Source of the DNA: an uncultured Methanosarcinaceae archaeon
GTDB lineage: Archaea > Halobacteriota > Methanosarcinia > Methanosarcinales > Methanosarcinaceae
Assembly (NCBI GenBank): GCA_963733675.1
Contig: CAVTET010000004.1
Location: 320,001-384,000 of the forward strand
DNA: 64,000 nt
Direction of reading: 5' to 3'
Shown here: one piece after another, positions 23,266 to 33,469 of the stretch
How the letters are laid out: every line of letters starts with the position of its first letter
Position numbering within the stretch: position 1 is the stretch's first letter
Notes under the pieces: model-generated
What the model was told of the DNA's origin: nothing
Seen by the model: the letters and a program-made list of their open reading frames with translations, nothing else
Databases searched by the model: none
Position numbers and translations under genes: made by a program

Positions 23266-23949
23266 ATGCCTGAAATAAATAAACTATATGATGGGATTTA
23301 TGAGGTTGTGAAAGACAAAAAGCATCTTGCTACACGGAATATTGACTTTGGTAAAGTAGTATACGGAGAAAAACTAATTACTTTTGAAGGGGTTGAGTAC
23401 CGAATATGGGACCCTCACAGGAGCAAGCTGGGAGCCATGATCCTAAAGAAGTTCAACATACCAATTAAAGAAGATTCTAAAGTTATCTATCTTGGAGCAG
23501 CATCAGGCACAACTGTCAGTCATGTATCTGACATCGTTTCAAACGGTGCAGTCTATGCCGTTGAGTTCGCCCCGCGAAGTATGAGAGATCTCATAGGACT
23601 TGCATCTAGACGGAAAAATATTTATCCAATCCTAGCTGATGCAAGGAAACCGGATAGTTATGCCCATCTGGTTGAACCTGTGGATCTCATCTTCCAGGAT
23701 GTTGCACAACCCAACCAGGTCGAAATAGCTACAAGAAATGCTTCTCGCTTTTTGAAAAGAGATGGGAATCTCCTGCTTTCTATCAAGGCACGAAGTATCG
23801 ATACTGTAGTAAACCCTAAAAAAATATTTACAAATGAGCTTCGAAAATTAGAGCAAACACTTGAACCAAAATTCGAAATCATTTGTGTAAAGAACCTGAT
23901 ACCCTATTATGAAGACCACCTCGGAGTTCTTGCAAAATTAGAAAGTTAA
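23266..23949 (+). CDS. flpA: Fibrillarin-like rRNA/tRNA 2'-O-methyltransferase
   Basis: VYGEK, YRIWDP.RSKL, YLGAASGTTVSHVSD, QDVAQPNQ. Confidence 0.97.
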   Translation: MPEINKLYDGIYEVVKDKKHLATRNIDFGKVVYGEKLITFEGVEYRIWDPHRSKLGAMILKKFNIPIKEDSKVIYLGAASGTTVSHVSDIVSNGAVYAVEFAPRSMRDLIGLASRRKNIYPILADARKPDSYAHLVEPVDLIFQDVAQPNQVEIATRNASRFLKRDGNLLLSIKARSIDTVVNPKKIFTNELRKLEQTLEPKFEIICVKNLIPYYEDHLGVLAKLES

Positions 23950-24116
23950 ATCATTATCACATCACTTAGTTATAAATTTTTAAGTAATTTTGGTGAAGTT
24001 ATTTTTCATTATCATAATAAACTATTTCATTATCTTAAATAATTTCTTTGATGTTTATCTTATTTATAAAATTAGTTTCATAACTGAAAACGTTCAGAAA
24101 TACTGTTTATTACATC

Positions 24117-24205
24117 GGATTTCAATAAATCTATAAATATTTTCATATGCACATAAATGGTACATTAATTGACTCGTGAAGACACAGAGATTATCTAAAT
24201 CTTCT
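24117..24205. mobile_element. ~88-bp MITE (family B), degenerate copy
   Basis: GGATTTCAATAAAT...GATTATCTAAATCTTC with internal ATAAATGGTAC..TGACTCGTGAA. Confidence 0.6.
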
Positions 24206-24294
24206 TAAACTCGATTTTTGCCATTTATGTTTAATTCAGGAAAAATTATTAAGTAAATGAAACGAAAGTACGATTTGGAACTTTTGTTCCAAAC

Positions 24295-25434
24295 CTACTC
24301 CAAAACTTTTAAATATTTTTCCCTGAATTCTGGGTTCCTCATAAGACAGTACTTTGCATTATATACAGGATCCTCCCGGATTTTCTTCCAAATATCTTTT
24401 ATTTTGTCTCTATAGACATTCCCATATGGAATCGGAATACAAGCACAGGGCAGGATGTTCCCTTCGGGGGTGATGTGCAACCATTTCCGGCCTGCCATAC
24501 ATCCAGTTGCCTTTATGACCTGGGGGATAGCAAAAACTCTTGGACCTTCTTTTTCCCTAGCAGTCGATAGAAAATTGTCAAATTTTCTCACATTTATCGG
24601 GTTCATGATTTCAGAAGCATGATTCATCCACCTCCCAGTAGGAACTATTTCGTACAAGGAGAGTTCGTGAACTCCAAGCTCTGAAGCAAGTGTATATATT
24701 TGTTCAAGCTCGTTTAAGTTATCCTTGGAAAGCACCACATACATATTCACGAGCAGATCTGCCTTAAGTCCATTTTTAATTGCCTCAACTGCACTGCTGA
24801 AAACCCCTTTTCTACCCCTGACATAATCGTGCTTATCTTCAAACGCACTGTCAAAACTGACAGTAAGGGAATAAAGGCCTGCTTCTTTCAAGCTTCTTGC
24901 TCTCTCTTCAGTCAGCCCAACTCCAGAGGTAAACATTCCACAGATGGCCTTTGCAGGGTCTACATGATTAATTAGGTATTCTAACCCAGGGTATGTAAGA
25001 GGTTCGCCTCCGTCAAAGATCACGAAGGTCGTGCCCATCTCGAGAACCTGATCAATTGTAGATTTCACTGCTTCAGGTGTAAGTTTCGCCTGGTTTTTCG
25101 TATCAGGAAGAGCACAGTGGATACAGTTGTTGGGACATTCCTCAGTTATGGAAATGGTTACCTGATCAGGAACCATTTTGCCCAGAATGGACAAAAGCTG
25201 GCTTTTAACCAGGCGATCAAAACCCAGGCTCGGAATAGGGGGTAGCCAGGTCGAACAAATAAGCCTGTCTGAATCTATTTTTGCAGGTTTTTCTCCTTCA
25301 AAAATTGAGAGGATTTTCCCAATATTTTTTCGCATAATTACGGACGCTGGCCTGCTGGTTATTACCCTCATGCGCCCTTCGTCTATTTTGATAGATACTC
25401 TTAGAAAGGGGCTTTTATAAAAATCATACTTCAT
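24295..25434 (-). CDS. Radical SAM protein with C-terminal SPASM/twitch-like domain
   Basis: CPNNCIHC, GGEP, CMAG...PEGNILPC. Confidence 0.92.
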   Translation of the reverse strand: MKYDFYKSPFLRVSIKIDEGRMRVITSRPASVIMRKNIGKILSIFEGEKPAKIDSDRLICSTWLPPIPSLGFDRLVKSQLLSILGKMVPDQVTISITEECPNNCIHCALPDTKNQAKLTPEAVKSTIDQVLEMGTTFVIFDGGEPLTYPGLEYLINHVDPAKAICGMFTSGVGLTEERARSLKEAGLYSLTVSFDSAFEDKHDYVRGRKGVFSSAVEAIKNGLKADLLVNMYVVLSKDNLNELEQIYTLASELGVHELSLYEIVPTGRWMNHASEIMNPINVRKFDNFLSTAREKEGPRVFAIPQVIKATGCMAGRKWLHITPEGNILPCACIPIPYGNVYRDKIKDIWKKIREDPVYNAKYCLMRNPEFREKYLKVLE

Positions 25435-25517
25435 ATTTTATCCTACATATGATAGTTGATGCTGATATGTGTGCAAATCCTATTTTTTATTTAAATTGAT
25501 CTTTTAAAATCCCAAGT

Positions 25518-26687
25518 TCATTTGTTTCTGAGAAGTGCTCTGCAATTCAATATTGAAGAGGGTTTTTTCTTCAACATGAATGCAAAGATCTGTATCGCCT
25601 GCTCAACTGAAGTTCCATGAATGAATGAGAGATTTTCCTTCTCAAAAACAGTTACCATCTCATCAATTTCACTATCTGTCATTTTTCTCAGAGTTTCAAG
25701 CCCTATGCGGCCGATGTAGTGTTCTACCTTAAATTCCTTTTCCCAAATCTTCCGGTACTCTAATAGGGAATTTCTTGAGATGTCCCCCTTTCTTATAGCA
25801 TCTGCAGCCACATCTCCGCATATCTGGCCTGCTCTCATTGCATAGCCTATCCCAGACTGACCAGCTGCCCCGCCAACGACCATGATCCCATCAGTAATAA
25901 ACTCATTTGGAAGTGTTACTATAGGGTCTCCGCCAGAAAATTTTCTTACAATTTCAAAATCTATTAGTCCTTTCATTTTTTTGAATTTTTCAATCCAAGA
26001 GTTCAGGTAAGGCGTTGCATCCTTTCCACATCTGCGCACATATGCCCCAATTGAAGCATTGTCTCCCCCCCTTGGAGAATAAGTGGTCTTCCATCCAGGC
26101 GCATGATTCCCTACGTAATATTCAAACATTTTTGATTTACCAATGTCAGAAGCCCGAATTTCAAGTTCAATTCCCCAAGCAATGTCTCCCGGATGCTTCA
26201 TCGTTTTCAGCCCGATAAAGGATGCCATTTTCGAATTAACGCCGTCAGAGATAATAACAAGTTTTGACTTAAAAATTCCGGCCGAGGTTTTGACAGAAAA
26301 TGTTTTCCCGTCCCTGAGAATATTCTGTGCTTCGATCCCTTTTTGAAGATCTACGCCGATTTTGATAATTTCTTTCGCATAAAATCTGTCGAACTTTGTT
26401 TTATCAATAGCATATCCAGGGGTCTCAACCTCTAATATCCTTCCCGCCGGAGAAATAATTTGCATGCCCTTGAGATAATGCATTACATAAGAGGAATCTA
26501 CTGTCTCTCCACATTTATCGAACATACTCTTAAAAAAAGAATTTGCAGGATGTGAAGGGTTTCCAATATCTTCTTTTTTTTCTAGCAAAAGAACTGTAGA
26601 GCCTTTTTCACACGCGTTCCTTGCAGCCATCAGTCCTGCAGGAGATACTCCAATCACAATAATATCCGCATCCATGTTCCCATACAT
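25518..26687 (-). CDS. Geranylgeranyl reductase-family FAD oxidoreductase
   Basis: DIIVIGVSPAG...LLEK Rossmann motif, ISDG, SGIGYAM; start could be 26687 or 26675. Confidence 0.85.
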   Translation of the reverse strand: MYGNMDADIIVIGVSPAGLMAARNACEKGSTVLLLEKKEDIGNPSHPANSFFKSMFDKCGETVDSSYVMHYLKGMQIISPAGRILEVETPGYAIDKTKFDRFYAKEIIKIGVDLQKGIEAQNILRDGKTFSVKTSAGIFKSKLVIISDGVNSKMASFIGLKTMKHPGDIAWGIELEIRASDIGKSKMFEYYVGNHAPGWKTTYSPRGGDNASIGAYVRRCGKDATPYLNSWIEKFKKMKGLIDFEIVRKFSGGDPIVTLPNEFITDGIMVVGGAAGQSGIGYAMRAGQICGDVAADAIRKGDISRNSLLEYRKIWEKEFKVEHYIGRIGLETLRKMTDSEIDEMVTVFEKENLSFIHGTSVEQAIQIFAFMLKKKPSSILNCRALLRNK

Positions 26688-26691
26688 TTTT

Positions 26692-27633
26692 TCACCAGAG
26701 AATGGAGATATAAGATCCCGCATAAATGCACATCACCACATCCAGAATCATTGATCCGAACATGATTGCTCTGTAATTTGAGCCTTTAAGGAAGATTGCC
26801 CCTCCTCTCTCCGGGGTAGGGTGCCTGATAAAGTCAAAACACTGGACAAGCATCCAGAGTCCTGAGGCAAAAGCACCTACAAAATATATAGGCCCAAGAT
26901 GGGCAGACCAGCCGATAAGCATTGATGCAATAACTCCGACAATCCACCAGATAGTAACAAATCTGGCGGTAAAAGGAATTCCAAAAGTCACTGGCATTGT
27001 AGGGGCACCCTTAATCCTGTCCCCTTCCAAGTCTCTGGAAACACCTCCAAGAGTAAAAGCCCAGTCTGTAACACACATCATGAGCCCGAAAAAAAGAGCT
27101 GGCAAGGGCAGAGTTACTCCGTCGCCGCCTTTCAGCAGCCCTATAGGGTCAAAGGCAACCCAAATACCTATAGGCACAAGCCCATAGGAGATGCCCACGG
27201 GCAAAAAGCTGAGAAAGGTGTGTCTCTTTGCAAAGATCGAATAAATGGTGATAATTCCGACCGCAATAAAAAGTATAAGGAGAGATTCAGGGTTCAGATA
27301 AGTGGCTGATGCGCCTGCTATTACTAACAGCAAGAAGACATAAATAAGAGCCGAATTTTTTGAGATTCTGGAAGATGGTAGAGGGCGGCCTGGCAGATTA
27401 ATCATATCTATATCAATATCGCAGCAATCGTTAAAAACGTATGAACTGGTAATCGCTGCAAAGCCGCCTATTACTGCAATCAAGAAGGGAATAAGTTTCG
27501 GAAGCCCTCCAGTTGCTATATAAGAGGCCAGAATTGCACTCGAAGATGGAAGTGTAAGATCCATGTAGTAGAGTTCGGGCCTCAAAAGCCTAAGGTAAGG
27601 ACTGAGTTCCCCGATTCTTGCTGTAAGAGACAA
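26692..27633 (-). CDS. UbiA-family prenyltransferase
   Basis: LLRP, NDCCDIDIDMINLPGRPLPS, second Asp-rich motif RDLEGD; multi-TM. Confidence 0.92.
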   Translation of the reverse strand: MSLTARIGELSPYLRLLRPELYYMDLTLPSSSAILASYIATGGLPKLIPFLIAVIGGFAAITSSYVFNDCCDIDIDMINLPGRPLPSSRISKNSALIYVFLLLVIAGASATYLNPESLLILFIAVGIITIYSIFAKRHTFLSFLPVGISYGLVPIGIWVAFDPIGLLKGGDGVTLPLPALFFGLMMCVTDWAFTLGGVSRDLEGDRIKGAPTMPVTFGIPFTARFVTIWWIVGVIASMLIGWSAHLGPIYFVGAFASGLWMLVQCFDFIRHPTPERGGAIFLKGSNYRAIMFGSMILDVVMCIYAGSYISILW

Positions 27634-27902
27634 TTATTTCACCTCTTTTTTTCTAATGGATATTGAAGTCTTTTTACCAGAATAATTATACTTTAGGCTT
27701 TTTTTAATTTATAAAGTTGCTTGCAATAAGTCCTATAAAGGTTCGCATCTCAAAAAGTTTTTCTTTTTACTTTTTTCAGAGACAACATTTTATTTATGAG
27801 AACTAGTGAAGGAGTTATAAGGAAATCAAAAGAATATATTCGGAAGTCTGAAAGATTGTTGAATGTTCAATGTCGTTAAAAAGCTTATAAAGAGCCCATT
27901 TA

Positions 27903-29375
27903 TTATTTTTTCCCCAAAGCCTCCCTATAGACCAGTTTTGCATTTTTGCTTATTTCTTCAAATAGCGGATGCTTAAACTCATTTTCGCAGACAAAGGTAA
28001 ACTCTGCGTGCGGGTTCAAGACAATTAGTTTAAGAGTATTTAGAAGAGCTGTGCTGAGGGCTTCGTAGTCAGGAAATTTTGGGACCTCGGCATTGAAAGG
28101 ATATACTTCTTCCATTTCAACAGGAAATGCCCCGAATGGTGCTTTGAAATTAAGGATTTGATCGTAGCTGGCTTCTCCTTTCACAGGGTCTGTACGAATA
28201 AGTACCGAGCCTTCAAAGCTAAACCTTTCAAGCCGTTTTCCAAAACGTAGGATTTCTGGTCGCGAGGATGATTCTGGCCCACAGTAAAAATATACTCCTT
28301 TTGTGGCCGGATCCAACTGTTCAAGCCAGGGTGAGTGCTTATAGAGTTTTTTCAGTCCTTCAAGAAGCTTTGGATGAGAACGGCAGCGTTTCTCTACAAG
28401 TTCGAGCAGTTTTCCGTCCCTTATGCATTGTTTAATAAGCTGGATTTCGGCAAAAGTTGCGTAGAGGTTGTGTTTTCCCAAAAGTTCTTCTCTATTATCT
28501 GCTTTTTTAAGTTCTTGTGCGGTATATTTTGAACAAACCGGACAGAAACAGGGTAAATAATTTAGTTTTTCTACATGATAAGTTCCGTTTACAGTAATAT
28601 AGCGCCCGTCCTTGGCATAAATAGCATAAGCTGCAGAATCAAAAAGATCGCACCCAAGTGCTACTGTGAGAGCGAACATCATTGGATGCCCTGCCCCGAA
28701 AAGGTGTACAGGTGAGACTGGAGAAAGACTTTTTTTGGATATCGCAATTAAGTCAACTAGTTCTGAATAACGGTATGCTTCCATGAGCGGAACGATTGCT
28801 CCTAGAGAATATACCTCAAATTTGAGGTTTTTCAGTTGGGAAGCAGCCTTTTTTCTTAGATCAAGGTAGGTTGAGCCCTGCAATGGCCCTGCAAGGAGCT
28901 GTTCACCCTGAATAAACTTACGGGCAACTTCCAGGCGTTCATATGTGATAGCAAGCTCCTCTTCAGCCCTTTTATAGTGAACATCCGGGGGTGTTGGGAT
29001 GTCAAGAGGGACAATAATATCGCTTCCTATCTTTTGCTGAAATCCAATAATCTCCTCATTTGTTACTTCAACAGAACCATATACTGAAAGCTGGAAAGAA
29101 CCAGAGTCTGTCATAATGGGCCCGTCAAAATCCAGGAGCCTATGCAGCCCTTTCTCAAGAGCAATTTTGCGCAGCTCTTCCTTTCGGTAGATAATATACG
29201 AATTAGTAATCAGGATTTCCGCCCCAAAGTTTCCCATTTCTCTCGGAGAAATTAGCTGGATATTCGGATTGATTACAGGCATTACTGTAGGTGTCTCAAC
29301 AGTTCCATGGAGAGTCCTGAGCTTCCCTATTCTGCCACCTGCGTCCTTGTCAAGAATTTTGAATACTACTGACAT
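27903..29375 (-). CDS. tgtA: Archaeosine tRNA-guanine(15) transglycosylase
   Basis: ETPTVMPV, MTDSGSFQL, HLFGAGHP, DLFDSAAY, CxCxxC; short (split-type) ArcTGT. Confidence 0.96.
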   Translation of the reverse strand: MSVVFKILDKDAGGRIGKLRTLHGTVETPTVMPVINPNIQLISPREMGNFGAEILITNSYIIYRKEELRKIALEKGLHRLLDFDGPIMTDSGSFQLSVYGSVEVTNEEIIGFQQKIGSDIIVPLDIPTPPDVHYKRAEEELAITYERLEVARKFIQGEQLLAGPLQGSTYLDLRKKAASQLKNLKFEVYSLGAIVPLMEAYRYSELVDLIAISKKSLSPVSPVHLFGAGHPMMFALTVALGCDLFDSAAYAIYAKDGRYITVNGTYHVEKLNYLPCFCPVCSKYTAQELKKADNREELLGKHNLYATFAEIQLIKQCIRDGKLLELVEKRCRSHPKLLEGLKKLYKHSPWLEQLDPATKGVYFYCGPESSSRPEILRFGKRLERFSFEGSVLIRTDPVKGEASYDQILNFKAPFGAFPVEMEEVYPFNAEVPKFPDYEALSTALLNTLKLIVLNPHAEFTFVCENEFKHPLFEEISKNAKLVYREALGKK

Positions 29376-29687
29376 GCCGGTATTATAGATGCTCACCAGA
29401 TATATTTATCTTTGGGACTGAAGATAAACTCGAGAAAAGTGAACGAAAGCCTCTATATATACTTTCCCAAGCTTTAAAAAACTGGGAAAAAAGGATTTTT
29501 AAGTTAGAATTCGTGTGTCTAACTAATTTTCCTGGATTTTTTCCTACCTCAATCTTTTCTTGCTCAAGACATGAAATGATTTTCCCGAAACTGTAGGAAG
29601 AAGAAATCACTACTCTGGGATGGTCCGATTACAAAGACCACATATGTTCCCAATTAAATGTCTCCTATAGCTATAATTACCGTGTCA

Positions 29688-30200
29688 TGAGAAACAAGAA
29701 TATTCCTTATTTAGCTGCCATAATTGCAACATCTGTAGCTACTTCGAAGTTTATTCCAAAGAGATATCTGAATATAAGGAATAATTTCCACTATGGAATA
29801 ATCTCCTAACTTCTTTGTGACCGAGCATTCAATTTCGTAAAAAATATCTGATTGAGTGAAAATTACTTTCCGGGCTCTTCAGATTTCTTATTATATTATC
29901 CTTCTATTTTCCACTAGCCTTTTTCTTTCTGGCAATAACGGTAGCTTATCCAGATAAATTTAATTCCGTTACCCTTTAAATCCTCAGTCACTCATATAGC
30001 GATTTTTCCGCTCATGCTAGCTGCTACAATATGGAATATTCCCAACTATGATGGTCTTCTTGATGCTACCTCAAAAATTGCTTTCATACTTGACTCTCCT
30101 ACACTGTATCGATGGAAAACAGATTTTTCCGATGATATTCTTCTGTTCATTCGTATTTTGTATCCTGCTTGGACTCTTTTTTGCGGTTCCTTTTCTAACC
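29688..30200 (+). pseudogene. Possible EamA/DMT-type transporter remnant
   Basis: MRNKNIPYLAAIIATSV start and hydrophobic fragments across several frames; weak similarity only. Confidence 0.3.
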
Positions 30201-30513
30201 TATGCTCATCCTGACAACCATTACACAAACTAAGCTCCTCCTGAGCGTTCCCATCGAGGAAATAAATTTTATTTAACTTAAAATATATTTTAATTATAAA
30301 TAAAAATCTTTCAGGAGAAAAAATATATATTAAAACGAGTCTATTTTAATAAAAAAGAGAGTTATGAAATTCGGAAATCCGGTTTCATCGCATAATTTTT
30401 TTTTGTTGACGTCAATGCAGAAAACAAAGCAGAGCAGGCTGCTGAAAAAATTGTTTATCTATGATTAGGTCAGATATAATCATAGGGGTCGCATTTTATA
30501 GAGGTGATTTTTT

Positions 30514-31260
30514 TTGTCAGCTACGGATTATGACAATAATGATGTGAAGATTAGTACCAAACCTTTAAAGTCAAAAAACCCGATGTTAATTGAAGGCTTT
30601 CCAGGAATCGGACTCGTGGGGAATATAGCAAGCCAGCATATAATCGAAGAATTGAATATGGAATACATTGGTTCCATTGACTCCAGATATTTCCCCTCTA
30701 TTGCAGTACTATATGAGGGCCTTATAAACATGCCCGTAAGGATCTACGAAAAAGAGGATCGGAACCTGATCATCGTAATTTCCGATATCCCTATCAGTCA
30801 CTCAGTCTCTTACGATGTCAGTAATGCTCTTGTGGACTGGGCCCAGTCTATTAATGTAAAAGAAATAGTTTCCATTGCGGGAATTGCTATTATGGACGGA
30901 GGGCATAAAGTCTTTGGAGCAGCCACCATGCCGGAAATGTTGGAAAAAATCAGGAGTAAAGTAGAGATTTTCCAGATGGGAACTATTTCCGGGATTTCAG
31001 GCAGCGTAATGACTGAATGCCTGATGCGTGGGATTCCTGCACTTAGTTTACTGGGAGCTACCAGAACTCAGAACCCGGACCCAAGAGCTGCATCTGCTGT
31101 TATTGAAGTTTTAAACGAGCTTTATGAGCTGTCGATAGATACTCAGAGGCTTGTAGAACAGGCTGAACGCATAGAAATAGAACTTCAGAAGCTTGCTGAA
31201 GATGTCCAGACAACTGAGCAGAAAGGGGAAGTAAAAAAGGAATTTCCAATGTACGGGTGA
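30514..31260 (+). CDS. Proteasome assembly chaperone (PAC2) family protein
   Basis: LIEGFPGIGLVG, PVRIY, PDPRAA, C-terminal MYG (HbYX). Confidence 0.93.
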   Translation: MSATDYDNNDVKISTKPLKSKNPMLIEGFPGIGLVGNIASQHIIEELNMEYIGSIDSRYFPSIAVLYEGLINMPVRIYEKEDRNLIIVISDIPISHSVSYDVSNALVDWAQSINVKEIVSIAGIAIMDGGHKVFGAATMPEMLEKIRSKVEIFQMGTISGISGSVMTECLMRGIPALSLLGATRTQNPDPRAASAVIEVLNELYELSIDTQRLVEQAERIEIELQKLAEDVQTTEQKGEVKKEFPMYG

Positions 31261-31264
31261 TCTC

Positions 31265-31654
31265 ATGGAGTACATAGCATTAACAGGAATTGCTGATTCT
31301 GTAATCGATATCCTGAAAAAACATAATCTCAGAACTCTTGAGATCCGAAATCCTCTAAATTTTTTAGGAATAATTGAGCTTAATGTGGGAGATGATGTTC
31401 TTCTGACATCTACCAGCCTTCAGGACATTAAAGAGGGGACCCCAGGTCTTATAGCAAGGGTTATGCAGAAGCAAATCTCCGTTCATTCTATTCTCAGCTC
31501 AAACGATATTTATATTGAAGAACGAGAAACTATGTCTGTCCGTATTCAACTTGAATACAGGTCTATAGCAAGGGTGAAAAGCGTCATTTCAAATAAACTG
31601 GGAAAACCAATAAGGATAGATGCGAGGGAGATTTCATGCTACGAAGCCAGATAA
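31265..31654 (+). CDS. DUF473-like archaeal protein
   Basis: ALTGI...RTLEIRN...GDDVLLT; directly downstream of PAC2. Confidence 0.8.
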   Translation: MEYIALTGIADSVIDILKKHNLRTLEIRNPLNFLGIIELNVGDDVLLTSTSLQDIKEGTPGLIARVMQKQISVHSILSSNDIYIEERETMSVRIQLEYRSIARVKSVISNKLGKPIRIDAREISCYEAR

Positions 31655-31832
31655 CAATTTTATTAACTGATTTAATCTCTAAAAATGGCTCTATGAACTA
31701 AATTTTCTTTAGTTTTTCGCCACCTAAGTTTCAGGAGATAACTATCAATTTCCAAGGCAGAAAGATAGCTTTCTGTCCGATTTTTTCCTTGGGAAAACTT
31801 TTCGAAAATTGAACAAAAAGATGTTCATCAAT

Positions 31833-31920
31833 AGAGATTTTTGATAACCCTCTAATTTCCAAAAGTCATTGATATACCATTTAGAATAATATGAAAAAAT
31901 GTAGAGATTTATCGAAATAC
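31833..31920. mobile_element. ~88-bp MITE (family B), degenerate copy
   Basis: AGATTTTTGATAACC...GATTTATCGAAAT. Confidence 0.6.
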
Positions 31921-32699
31921 GAATGATAAGTTGGCATTCCTCCAAAATATATGTATATAATGTTCTTTGTAAATTCTTTCCCTACATCATAGTTTTTTGT
32001 TTTCTACGACCACGTAATTTCAGTACTTCGCTTAAAATCTTTTCTCTACTTTTACCCTACCCATTTACCTCATACACACAACTACCAGCCTAACCTGAAC
32101 TTTCTACCCAGCATTCCAAAGTGAAAAGTACTAACATATCAAATCCAAACTTTTGAAATATATCGCCTGGGATCCCTGTTTGACACCCATCTAATTTTTT
32201 TAAAGGAGTAGTATAATATGTGTTTTAGCGGGAAAGATTATCAATAGTAGGCTCAGGATTGCGCATCTGAAATAAAACTCAAATACTTTAAACATTGTAG
32301 CTAATCAAAAAAGAAGATTAAAGAGTGTATAGCAGATTTTACAGAAAATTATGCATGCCACATCTAAGATTAACCTGCATTATTTTTAGAAAAAAAAATC
32401 TCAATGTTAAGTTTGTGAAGATCTCCGAAATTAATAAAAACATAATTAATATAAAAATATGTTTTGGTTTTAAAACATTTTATTGGAAAGTAATTTTTAT
32501 TCAGAAATTATTTTTTGTATAATTAATTTAAAATAAAGAAAGAGATAATTATACTTTAAATCTTAAAGGAAACTGATAAAGAGTTGGGAAGTTAGAGATT
32601 ACCGATAGGATGTGTGAGTACGCAGAGTGGATGTAGAGTATATGGGTAATCATAGAGAATTTTGATAAACTTCCGATCTCAACAAATTGCTTACATTCA

Positions 32700-33356
32700 C
32701 TTTTTTGCTAACTATTTTTTAACTTAAATCATGTCCGTCCATAAATTAGAGATTTTCCAACGCTTCGCAGCGCACCAATTATTGGAATACAATTGAATTG
32801 TCGTTGATTATCGTTTACAATTGATTACAATTGATAAAAAGCTAATAAAGTCAGAATTTAGTGGTAAAAGAAAGAGGTTATTGTATGATTGGTCTTGGAG
32901 AAATTAACTTTTATGGGGCTAATCTTAAAATAATCAACCTTGAAAGAGCTAACCTTGAAAGAACTAATCTTACAGGAGCTAATCTCCAAGGAGCAAACCT
33001 TTTTATGACTAACCTTAGAGGAGCTAATCTCCAAAGAGCGAATTTTGAAGGAGCTAACCTTGAAAGAGCTCTTCTTGAGATAGCTAATTCTTTTATGGCA
33101 AATCTTGAAAAATCTAGCTTCGGCGGAGCTATCTTTGATGGAACAAACCTTGAAGGAGCTAACCTTACAGGAGCTTTCAATTTATCAATTGACCAGCTAT
33201 CTAAAGTGAGAACGCTTTATAATGCAAAAATAGATGAAGAACTCCTTATACAACTGAAAGAGGAGTTTCCCTCCCTATTTAAATCACTAAAGCAGAAGTT
33301 TCCAGAATATCAGAGCAACCTTTTAGGAGCTAACGCACGCAACAATCTATAGAAAA
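32700..33356 (+). repeat. Inverted duplication arm 1 (arm 2 at 38495-39046)
   Basis: Identical by eye to the reverse complement of 38495-39046 except for a 105-bp in-frame indel. Confidence 0.95.
32861..33352 (+). CDS. Pentapeptide-repeat protein
   Basis: A(N/D)LxG/R pentapeptides; C-terminal NLSIDQLSKVRTLYNAKID. Confidence 0.85.
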   Translation: MVKERGYCMIGLGEINFYGANLKIINLERANLERTNLTGANLQGANLFMTNLRGANLQRANFEGANLERALLEIANSFMANLEKSSFGGAIFDGTNLEGANLTGAFNLSIDQLSKVRTLYNAKIDEELLIQLKEEFPSLFKSLKQKFPEYQSNLLGANARNNL

Positions 33357-33368
33357 ACTAAGCCTATA

Positions 33369-33457
33369 GAGGATTTCAGTAAACCTATTAATTTCGTCAT
33401 GTGATCATAAATGGTACACAAATGATTCTTAAAAAATAGATGTTTATTGAAGTCCTC
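33369..33457. mobile_element. ~88-bp MITE (family B) copy
   Basis: GAGGATTTCAGTAAAC...GTTTATTGAAGTCCTC. Confidence 0.75.
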
Positions 33458-33469
33458 TTTAATCTAATA

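Noticed and set aside
24295-25434. Radical SAM as RaSEA (archaeosine pathway) because it is near tgtA
   Set aside because: The SPASM/twitch-like C-terminus and tight linkage to UbiA/GGR argue against it; no positive similarity recognised.
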